A DNA stretch of 64,000 bases. Origin: Gammaproteobacteria bacterium. Lineage in GTDB: Bacteria > Pseudomonadota > Gammaproteobacteria > Eutrophobiales > Eutrophobiaceae. The stretch covers positions 2,816,001-2,880,000 of the forward strand of contig OZ220696.1 of the NCBI GenBank assembly GCA_965116495.1. Reading direction: 5' to 3'. The notes below the pieces were generated by a model that was not told the DNA's origin, did no database searches, and was given only the letters and a program-made list of their open reading frames with translations. The translations under genes were made by a program, and so were the position numbers. The number at the start of each line of letters is the position of its first letter. The first letter of the stretch is position 1. Below, piece by piece: positions 56,249-64,000 of the stretch.

Positions 56249-56563
56249 TCACTCCCTGCTCGCCTTTTCTTCATGGCCCGATACGCCAAAACGTCTTTCC
56301 AGTTCAGAGAAAACTTCGGCAGGGTGGACATTCAGGTGGGACAACAGGACCAGGGTATGAAACCATAAATCGGCGGTTTCGCGTATGACATCGGGTGCTT
56401 CACCGGCTGTTGCCGCTTCAACCAGTTCCCATGATTCCTCTTCTATTTTTTCCAGAATACCGGCTCTTCCCTTGGCATACAGGGAAGCGACATAGGAACT
56501 ATCCGGCTCTGCCCCCTTCCGGTCTATCAGCACCTCTGCCAGTTCGTTTATTATGTCCGTCAT
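56249..56563 (-). CDS. hisE: Phosphoribosyl-ATP pyrophosphatase
   Basis: 'SSYVASL', 'KIEEE', 'ETADLWFH'. Confidence 0.95.
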   Translation of the reverse strand: MTDIINELAEVLIDRKGAEPDSSYVASLYAKGRAGILEKIEEESWELVEAATAGEAPDVIRETADLWFHTLVLLSHLNVHPAEVFSELERRFGVSGHEEKASRE

Positions 56564-56574
56564 AAGTATCCTCC

Positions 56575-56976
56575 CTACTTATCATAGATTGTTTCGGGAT
56601 CCTTGATTACGGGATCGGCTTGTTCCCAGCCAGCCTCCGTTTTGCGCAGATAAAAACAGCTTTCCCTGCCGGTGTGGCAGGCAATCCCCCCGCGTTGGTC
56701 GACCCGCAACAACAGCGTGTCACGGTCGCAGTCCAGCCGTATCTCCCTGACGTCCTGGACGTGGCCCGACTGTTCACCTTTGCGCCACAGCCTGGCCCTC
56801 GATCTGGACCAGTATACTGCACGGCCCTCGGCACAGGTGAGTCTCAAGGCTGCACGATTCATCCAGGCAAGTGTCAGCACCCGGCCGGTGCTGTAATCCT
56901 GGGCAATTGCCGGTATCAGGCCGTCTGCGTTCCAGCTGATTTTCTCCAGCCACTGCTCTTCATTGGCCTGCGCCAT
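56575..56976 (-). CDS. hisI: Phosphoribosyl-AMP cyclohydrolase
   Basis: 'YWSRSR', 'LWRKGEQSG', 'DCDRD', '[10 protein letters not shown]'. Confidence 0.96.
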   Translation of the reverse strand: MAQANEEQWLEKISWNADGLIPAIAQDYSTGRVLTLAWMNRAALRLTCAEGRAVYWSRSRARLWRKGEQSGHVQDVREIRLDCDRDTLLLRVDQRGGIACHTGRESCFYLRKTEAGWEQADPVIKDPETIYDK

Positions 56977-56979
56977 TAT

Positions 56980-57753
56980 CTAGCTCCTCACCTCTATGCC
57001 CTGTTCTGCCATTCTCTGTTTTGCCTGGGCCACCGTGTACTCACCGAAATGGAAAATGCTGGCTGCCAGCACCGCGTCAGCCTTTCCCGCTAAAATGCCT
57101 TCCGCCAGGTGGTCCAGGTTGCCGACGCCGCCGGATGCTATGACCGGAATACTGACGGCGCTACTGACCGCCCTGGTCAGGGGCAGGTCAAAACCGTCCC
57201 GGGTGCCATCCCGATCCATACTTGTCAGGAGAATCTCGCCGGCGCCGTAACGGGTCATTTTTTCTGCCCAGGTAACGGCATCGATACAGGTCTCCCGACG
57301 GCCCCCGTGGGTATAGACATGCCACTGCAACGGCTCACCGGCAACACTGACCTGTTTTGCGTCAAGCGCCACTACAATACACTGCGAACCGAATTCCCGC
57401 GTTGCTTCCCGGACAAACTCCGGGTTGTTTACCGCTGCAGTATTGATGCTGATCTTGTCTGCGCCCGCATTCAGCAAGCGCCTGATATCATCCAGCGTAC
57501 GGATACCGCCCCCCACGGTCAATGGAATAAATACCTGGCCGGCCACGGCTTCGACAACGTGCAACATGGTGTCTCTTTCCTCGTTGCTGGCCGTAATGTC
57601 AAGAAAAGCCAACTCATCGGCGCCCTGTTCGTCGTAACAGCGCGCCACTTCCAGCGGGTCGCCTGCATCCTTGATATCGACGAACCTGATACCCTTGACA
57701 ACCCGGCCGGCGTCCACATCCAGGCACGGAATGATACGTTTTGCCAGGCTCAT
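56980..57753 (-). CDS. hisF: Imidazole glycerol phosphate synthase, cyclase subunit
   Basis: 'KRIIPCLDV', 'FLDITAS', 'SMDRDGT', 'ASGG'. Confidence 0.97.
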   Translation of the reverse strand: MSLAKRIIPCLDVDAGRVVKGIRFVDIKDAGDPLEVARCYDEQGADELAFLDITASNEERDTMLHVVEAVAGQVFIPLTVGGGIRTLDDIRRLLNAGADKISINTAAVNNPEFVREATREFGSQCIVVALDAKQVSVAGEPLQWHVYTHGGRRETCIDAVTWAEKMTRYGAGEILLTSMDRDGTRDGFDLPLTRAVSSAVSIPVIASGGVGNLDHLAEGILAGKADAVLAASIFHFGEYTVAQAKQRMAEQGIEVRS

Positions 57754-57879
57754 GACCGACCCTCTAATGTCAAAAAATAACTGATAAGTAACATCCCTTA
57801 TGTGGCCGGCTGGAAGCGTCCGGCTTACAGCCGGAAATCGTGCCTGGTTATCAGGAAACGGATCCCTGCGTAGCCCTGA

Positions 57880-58638
57880 TCATCTCTCTTCAGACCCCTC
57901 ATTGCCGCACAGCGTCTCGACCAGGTCCAGGGCTTCCTTGAGATCCAGACTGCCCTCGTAGATGGCGCGCCCGGTGATGGCGCCGGCGATGCCTTCGGCG
58001 GCAACGGAACACAGGGCTTTTATATCATCCAGGTCTTTGATGCCGCCCGATGCAATGACCGGAATCGTTACCGACCTGGCAAGCTGCACACTGGAATCTA
58101 TATTAACGTTGTTCATCATACCGTCACGACCGATATCGGTGAAAATGATCGCAGATACACCATCCTGTTCGAATCGCTGGGCAATATCGACAACGTCGTG
58201 ATGAGAAAGCTTGGACCAGCCGTTAGTGGCCAGCTTGCCGTTTTTTGCGTCCAGGCCGACAATGACGTGGCTTGGAAATTCAAGACATATATCGGAAACG
58301 AAGTGCGGGGTAGTCACTGCCCGGGTGCCGATAATCACATAGTTCACTCCGACGTCCAGGTAAGTCTGGATCGTATCTTCATCACGAATTCCGCCGCCGG
58401 CCTGGATTTCTATATCCGGATGTTCCTCGGCAATATCGTGGATGATATCGGCGTTTACGGGACGTCCGGATACCGCGCCGTCCAGGTCAATGATATGAAG
58501 CCGTTTTGCGCCTATTTCGACCCATTTTGTCGCCATTTCCACCGGGTCATCATTGTAAACGGTCTCATCACTCATGTTGCCCTGGCGCAACCGGACACAT
58601 TTTCCGTTCTTTATATCGATCGCGGGAATTAACAGCAC
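57880..58638 (-). CDS. hisA: ProFAR isomerase
   Basis: '[17 protein letters not shown]', 'DLDGA', 'GGGIR', 'TDIGRDG'. Confidence 0.97.
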   Translation of the reverse strand: MLLIPAIDIKNGKCVRLRQGNMSDETVYNDDPVEMATKWVEIGAKRLHIIDLDGAVSGRPVNADIIHDIAEEHPDIEIQAGGGIRDEDTIQTYLDVGVNYVIIGTRAVTTPHFVSDICLEFPSHVIVGLDAKNGKLATNGWSKLSHHDVVDIAQRFEQDGVSAIIFTDIGRDGMMNNVNIDSSVQLARSVTIPVIASGGIKDLDDIKALCSVAAEGIAGAITGRAIYEGSLDLKEALDLVETLCGNEGSEER

Positions 58639-58776
58639 GATACTTTCCTGCTCGGTCTATAACTCAGCCGTCCCTGCTACCCTGAGTAAGAACAGGAAGA
58701 TGGATGTGAGAAACAGGCACATTTGTAGTTAATGTTAGCACAGTCTGATAATCATGCGGAAAAAGTAGCATAACCT

Positions 58777-61551
58777 TTAATGTGCTTCATCCCAGTTAAC
58801 GCCGGTACCGATATCGACGACCAGGGGAATACTGAGCGATGCCGCCCCGGACATCAATCCGCGAATCTCCTGCTCATAGTCAAAAACCTCGTCATGCGCT
58901 AACTCGAACACCAGTTCGTCGTGAACCTGCATGATCATCCTGATATTTTTCCCGGAGCGCAACAATTTTTTATCTATCGCGAGCATCGCCCGCTTTATGA
59001 TATCGGCCGCGGTACCCTGCATCGGCGCATTGATTGCCGTACGCTCGGCATATTGGCGTCTGGCGGCATTGCGGGAATTGATATCGGGCAGGTATAAACG
59101 ACGCTTGAACACGGTCTCGACATAGCCGGCTTCCCGGGCCCGAATGCGGGTCGCTTCCATGTATTCCTTCACCGCGGGGTAGCGCTCGAAATACTTGTCC
59201 ACATACTGCTTTGCGGCGCCCCTGGTTATACCCAGTTGCCTGGCCAGCCCAAACGCCGACATGCCGTAAATCAGGCCAAAGTTGATAGCCTTGGCCGCCC
59301 TGCGTTGCTCCGGGCTGACCTCGTCCATACCCACCCCGAAGACCTCGGCCGCAGTCGCCCGGTGGATATCGCTGCCCGCGGCAAACGCGGCCAGCAAGGT
59401 CGAGTCTGCCGATAAATGGGCCATGATGCGGAGTTCTATCTGGGAATAATCCGCGGCCAGGAGTACGTTCCCGGGAGAAGCGATAAAAGCCTGGCGTATT
59501 TTCCTGCCCGCCTGTGTGCGAACCGGGATGTTCTGCAGGTTGGGTTCCGATGAAGACAAGCGGCCCGTAGCCGCCACGGCCTGGTGGTAGGAAGTATGGA
59601 CGCGACCTGTCGCGGGGTTGACCTGCTCAGGCAAGCGGTCCGTATAGGTCGACTTCAATTTGCTCAACTCCCTGTGTTTGAGGATTAATGCCGGTAATTC
59701 ATGCTCTGCGCCCAGTTCCTGCAAAACAGCTTCAGCGGTTGAGGGTTGTCCTGTCGGGGTCTTCGCCAGGACCGGCAGTTGCATTTTTCCATAGAGGATT
59801 TCCTGTATCTGCTTGGGCGAGCCGATATTAAACGCCTGACCCGCCAACCGGTGGGCCTGTTGTTCGGTTTCCAGCATCTGCTGCGCCAGGTCCGTGCTTT
59901 GTTGCTTCAGCATGCCGGTATCGATGTTGACACCGTTACGTTCCATGCGTGCAATAACACTCAGTAACGGCACCTCGATTTGCCTGTAGAGATCGCGCAA
60001 TCCGGGTTTTTCGGCCAGTTTCGGCCAGAGTGTCCGGTGCAAGCGTAGGGTAATGTCCGCGTCTTCCGCCGCGTAGGCAGCCGCCTGTTCTACAGGGACC
60101 TGGTTGAAAGAAACCTGCTTGACCCCTTTCCCGGCAACCTCTTCATAGCTCGTGACGGATTTACCCAGGTATTTCTGCGCCAGGCTGTTCATGTCATGAC
60201 GCGTGCCCACACTGTCCAGAACATAGGATTGCAGCATTGAATCATGTGCAATGCCGGTTAAGTCAACGCGGTAATTGGCCAGTACGTTGCGGTCGTATTT
60301 CAGGTTCTGACCGACAATTCTGTGTTTTTCCGACTCCAGCAGCGGACGCAATTTTTCCAGCACCTTGCGGCGTGAAATCTGTTTCGGCGCACCGTCGTAA
60401 TCGTGGGCGACCGGGACATACGCCGCTTCGCCCGCCGTGACGGAAAACGATAACCCCACCAGTTGCGCGCGCATATAATCCAGGTCGGTGGTTTCAGTAT
60501 CAAAAGAGAACAGTTCTGCCTCGGCCAGTTTGTCGATCCAGCGTTCCAACTGCTCTACGGTGTAAATCGTCTCATAATTCTGCTTTAATACGGCCGCGTC
60601 GCCGTCAAGGCTTTCACCCGCCGGCGGTTGCGTCTCGCGACCTTGCGCGGGTTGGGTAATACGGTCAACAGACCCGGCGTTCCCGGTCACCGGGGCCATT
60701 CCGCCATTGACATCAGGCAACCAGCTGCGAAAGCCCCAACGCCGGTAGTGTTCTCTCAACGCCATTCCATCCTGGCCGGTGATCAACAGTTGCTGTGGCT
60801 CGACCCGCAGTTCCAGGTCGGTTTTCAGGGTCACCAGTTGTTTGCTCAGGGGAATCCGGTCCAGGTTCTCACGCAGGTATTCACCGACCTTGCCGGGAAA
60901 GCTGTCGGCTTTTGCCATGATGTCATCCAAGGTGCCGTATTCCGCCAACCACTTAACCGCAGTCTTGGGCCCCACCTTGGGAACCCCCGGCACGTTGTCC
61001 GATGTGTCACCGATCAGGGCCAGGTAATCCACGATGCGTTCCGGCGCTACACCGTATTTCTCGATCACGCCGGCGCGATCATAACGGGTATTGCTCATGG
61101 TATTGATCAAATGGATATCATCATTGACGATCTGCGCCAGGTCCTTGTCTCCGGTGGAAACCAGTGTCTTCAATCCCGCCTGTGCCGCCTGTGCCGCCAG
61201 GGTTGCAATCACATCGTCCGCTTCCACATTGTCAATACTCAGCAGCGGTACCCCCAGGGCGCGGATAATTTCATGCAACGGCGCAATCTGGGCCACCAGA
61301 TCAGGTGGGGCAGGGGGGCGATTGGCTTTATACTCGGGATACAGGTCGTTACGAAAGGTCTTTCCCTTGGCATCGAAAACGACGGCAAAATAATCCGGCT
61401 GCTCGTCCCTGATCAATTTCCGCAACATGTTGATAACGCCATAAATGGCCCCGGTCGGTTCATTTTCCGAGTTAGTGAGACCCGGCATGGCATGATACGC
61501 CCTGAACAGGTAGTAGGACCCATCCACCAACGTCAATAATTTTTTTGGCAT
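58777..61551 (-). CDS. polA: DNA polymerase I
   Basis: 5' nuclease 'EADD', 3'-5' exonuclease 'FDTETT', polymerase motifs 'ADYSQIELR', 'KAINFGLIYG', 'QVHDEL'; ATG 61551 preferred. Confidence 0.98.
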   Translation of the reverse strand: MPKKLLTLVDGSYYLFRAYHAMPGLTNSENEPTGAIYGVINMLRKLIRDEQPDYFAVVFDAKGKTFRNDLYPEYKANRPPAPPDLVAQIAPLHEIIRALGVPLLSIDNVEADDVIATLAAQAAQAGLKTLVSTGDKDLAQIVNDDIHLINTMSNTRYDRAGVIEKYGVAPERIVDYLALIGDTSDNVPGVPKVGPKTAVKWLAEYGTLDDIMAKADSFPGKVGEYLRENLDRIPLSKQLVTLKTDLELRVEPQQLLITGQDGMALREHYRRWGFRSWLPDVNGGMAPVTGNAGSVDRITQPAQGRETQPPAGESLDGDAAVLKQNYETIYTVEQLERWIDKLAEAELFSFDTETTDLDYMRAQLVGLSFSVTAGEAAYVPVAHDYDGAPKQISRRKVLEKLRPLLESEKHRIVGQNLKYDRNVLANYRVDLTGIAHDSMLQSYVLDSVGTRHDMNSLAQKYLGKSVTSYEEVAGKGVKQVSFNQVPVEQAAAYAAEDADITLRLHRTLWPKLAEKPGLRDLYRQIEVPLLSVIARMERNGVNIDTGMLKQQSTDLAQQMLETEQQAHRLAGQAFNIGSPKQIQEILYGKMQLPVLAKTPTGQPSTAEAVLQELGAEHELPALILKHRELSKLKSTYTDRLPEQVNPATGRVHTSYHQAVAATGRLSSSEPNLQNIPVRTQAGRKIRQAFIASPGNVLLAADYSQIELRIMAHLSADSTLLAAFAAGSDIHRATAAEVFGVGMDEVSPEQRRAAKAINFGLIYGMSAFGLARQLGITRGAAKQYVDKYFERYPAVKEYMEATRIRAREAGYVETVFKRRLYLPDINSRNAARRQYAERTAINAPMQGTAADIIKRAMLAIDKKLLRSGKNIRMIMQVHDELVFELAHDEVFDYEQEIRGLMSGAASLSIPLVVDIGTGVNWDEAH

Positions 61552-61669
61552 AATCCGATTACAGGATATAAATCTGGCCTTATTATGGAACAAATAATTG
61601 AAACTTCCCAATAATCGGTATACTTTTCATCTTCCTCAACTATCCTGTAAACAAACCGGAAAAAAGACC

Positions 61670-62014
61670 ATGAGATATCTTGTCGTCTGTTTAATCAGCC
61701 TGTTCATGATGAGTTCTTCCGCAGCACAGGACTACGCGGATGAAGAGCTTGCTCCCGTGCCTGCACCACCGGAATTACCGGACCCGTTAAAAAGCGGCCA
61801 GGCCATTGAGCCACAGGTAACCATCATCCGGAAGGACGATGCTATCATTGAAGAATACCGCCTGGACGGGCGGCATTATATGACCAGGATCATTCCCGCG
61901 GTCGGTCCTGCCTATTACCTGGTGGATCGCGATGGAGACGGCAGTATGGAGACCCGGATGAGTGAAATATACGATGATTTCACCGTGCCGCAGTGGGTCT
62001 TGTTCAGCTGGTAA
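61670..62014 (+). CDS. DUF2782 family exported protein
   Basis: Signal peptide, 'PQVTI', 'IEEYRLDG', 'YYLVDRDGDG', 'VPQWVLFSW'; divergent from polA. Confidence 0.82.
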   Translation: MRYLVVCLISLFMMSSSAAQDYADEELAPVPAPPELPDPLKSGQAIEPQVTIIRKDDAIIEEYRLDGRHYMTRIIPAVGPAYYLVDRDGDGSMETRMSEIYDDFTVPQWVLFSW

Positions 62015-62023
62015 TTAACGCCG

Positions 62024-63364
62024 TCAAGGCAACAGGAACACGGTGGCCAGGCCAAGGAAGGTCATAAACCCTACCACGTCCGTAACAGTCGTCAGGATCA
62101 CCCCGCCCGCGATGGCAGGATCAACGCCGAACTTTTTCAGTATCAGGGGAATCATCGAGCCGGCCAGGGCGGCGCAGATCAGGTTAATGATCATGGCCAG
62201 CCCGATAATCAGGCCCAGGCCCCGATCACTGAACCACAGGGTCGCGACAGCGCCGACTACGGTAGCCCATAGCGCGCCGTTGATTAACCCGACTGCGAAC
62301 TCCTTCAATATGAGCGAACGGGCATTCTGCCTGGAAATCTGACCCAGGGCCAGACCGCGTACGGAGATGGTCAACGCCTGACTGCCGGCGATGCCGCCCA
62401 TGCCGGCAACGATAGGCATAAGGATAGCCAGCGCCACCAGTTCCTCTATGGTGGCCTCAAACCGGCCGATCACCCAGGCGGCAAGAAACACGCTGATCAG
62501 GCTGATGCCCAGCCACACGGCGCGCTGGCGGGTACTTGACAGGACCGAGGCAAATATATCGTCTTCACCCAGGCCGGCCATGCTGCGCATACTCTGTTCC
62601 GCCCGTTCCTGGATCACATCCACCACGTCGTCAATGGTGATCCTACCCAGCAGTTTTCTGTCCTCGTCCAGCACGGCCGTGGAGATCAGGTCGCGTTGTT
62701 CAAAAAGCCGCGCAACATCTTCTGCCGGCATGTCGGCGGGAATACCGACTCCTTCAAACATATGTTCGCCGACACTGTCTTCGGATTTGTTGACCAGGAC
62801 ATCCGCCAGTGAAAGCAATCCCAGGTAACGGCTTTCCCGGTCCACGACTATCAGGTTATCGGTGTGTTCGGGGATCTCTCCCAGTTGCCGCAGGTAGCGG
62901 GCCACGACGTCAAGCGACACGTCCGCACGCACCGAGATAACGTCGGTATCCATCAGGCCGCCGGCCGTATCTTCGGGATAGGACAACAGCGAGGAAATAC
63001 GATCCCGGTTTTGTACGTCCATCGACAACAGGACACTGTCCACCAGTTCTTCCGGCAGGTCCTGCAATATGTCTGCCGCATCGTCGGTATCCAGTCCCTT
63101 GGCTACCTCGGCCACCTCCCGGGGCTGCATCCGTTCGAGCAGGCCGGTCCTGACGGCATCCTGGACATCAGACAGCACGTCACCTTCCACCTCCGGGTCG
63201 ACGAGTTCCCAGAGCAGCCTCCTGGAACGCCCCGGCAGGCTCTCCAGCAGGTCGGCTATTTCGGACGGGTGAAAGGATTCCAGCATTACCCTGACTTGGT
63301 CATGGTCTCCAGTCTCCAGGTATTCAAACAGGATTTCTTGTCGGGATAATTCGCGCATGGGCAT
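62024..63364 (-). CDS. mgtE: Magnesium transporter
   Basis: 'HPSEIADLLE', CBS pair 'TAGGLM...GRITIDD', 'MGGIAGSQ', 'DPAIAGG...TTVTD'. Confidence 0.96.
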   Translation of the reverse strand: MPMRELSRQEILFEYLETGDHDQVRVMLESFHPSEIADLLESLPGRSRRLLWELVDPEVEGDVLSDVQDAVRTGLLERMQPREVAEVAKGLDTDDAADILQDLPEELVDSVLLSMDVQNRDRISSLLSYPEDTAGGLMDTDVISVRADVSLDVVARYLRQLGEIPEHTDNLIVVDRESRYLGLLSLADVLVNKSEDSVGEHMFEGVGIPADMPAEDVARLFEQRDLISTAVLDEDRKLLGRITIDDVVDVIQERAEQSMRSMAGLGEDDIFASVLSSTRQRAVWLGISLISVFLAAWVIGRFEATIEELVALAILMPIVAGMGGIAGSQALTISVRGLALGQISRQNARSLILKEFAVGLINGALWATVVGAVATLWFSDRGLGLIIGLAMIINLICAALAGSMIPLILKKFGVDPAIAGGVILTTVTDVVGFMTFLGLATVFLLP

Positions 63365-63389
63365 AAGGATAGAGTAAAAGAAAGTAAAA

Positions 63390-63442
63390 GGGGACAGGTT
63401 TAAATCTGTCTTCGACTGGATTCCTGCTTCCGCAGGAATGAC
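63390..63442. repeat. Adjacent family B and family A REP-like units
   Basis: ggggacaggtttaaatctgtc then ctggattcctgcttccgcaggaatgac. Confidence 0.75.
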
Positions 63443-63452
63443 GGAGCAGGAT

Positions 63453-64000
63453 TCAGGCAGTTTCCAGTTGTTCCAGCAGCTTCTCGACGTCTGCGGCTGT
63501 ACGGGCTTGCAGGGCGGCGTCCGCGATGGGCGCCAGGCCGCTCAGTTCGCTCTCCAGAATAATTTTTTTGATTTCAAGCAGGTAGGCGGGATGCACGCTG
63601 AATTCACGCAGGCCCAAGCCTAATAACAGTTGGGTAAACTTGCTGTCGCCCGCCATCTCGCCACACATGGCGACGGGTATATTTGCCCTGGCGCCTGCGT
63701 CAAGTGTTATCCGTATCAGCCGCAATACTGCCGGATGCAGAGGTTCGTAGAGATAACTCACCTCGTCATTGACGCGATCAATCGCCATGGTGTACTGGAT
63801 CAAATCATTCGTTCCGATTGACAGGAAGTCCAGCTGTTCGGCAAAAATATCCGCGCAGATTGCGGCTGCCGGGACCTCGACCATGGCGCCCACGGGAAGA
63901 TTCACATCAAATTCCACCTGCTGTTCGTCCAATTCCGCCTTGATCTCATCGATCATCTCCAATACCTGCCGGGTTTCCTGCATGTTGGAGAGCATGGGGA
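63453..64000 (-). CDS. ptsI: PEP-protein phosphotransferase (PTS enzyme I), 5' part outside the window
   Basis: 'GAMVEVPAAA', 'DFLSIGTNDLIQY', 'MCGEMAGD'; ptsI versus ptsP cannot be resolved without the N-terminus. Confidence 0.8.
   Translation of the reverse strand, partial: PMLSNMQETRQVLEMIDEIKAELDEQQVEFDVNLPVGAMVEVPAAAICADIFAEQLDFLSIGTNDLIQYTMAIDRVNDEVSYLYEPLHPAVLRLIRITLDAGARANIPVAMCGEMAGDSKFTQLLLGLGLREFSVHPAYLLEIKKIILESELSGLAPIADAALQARTAADVEKLLEQLETA

Noticed and set aside
1-64000. Assigning a genus or a host-associated lifestyle
   Set aside because: Pseudogenes and repeat load are suggestive, but no marker-gene comparison could be run

Overview
Chromosomal window from a GC-rich gammaproteobacterium. 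About 2.9-38 kb is one phosphate-starvation (PhoB) cluster: OprO/P porin, sixA, ppx, ppk1, phoU-pstBACS, phoRB, two small unknown exported proteins, an acidic beta-helix-like lipoprotein, a TonB-dependent receptor and a type II secretion system. Pho boxes can be read upstream of most of these units, including gspC. The T2SS is split into three parts: gspN behind a gspM remnant, gspC-I, and gspJ-M. The gspJ-M block sits directly downstream of dnaA, where dnaN would normally be. The rest is housekeeping: dsbD-cutA-fxsA-trmH, dnaA-rpmH-rnpA-yidD-yidC-mnmE, an LPS/ilvE cluster, pyrF, tatABC, hisAFIE, polA, mgtE and ptsI. Accessory parts are a Phd/VapC toxin-antitoxin pair, a decayed RTX gene, a deletion-eroded restriction-modification islet, a MITE and many REP-like palindromes, several of them translated inside pseudopilin leader peptides. 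No rRNA, tRNA or CRISPR array was seen. All calls come from motif recognition by eye; no database search was run.
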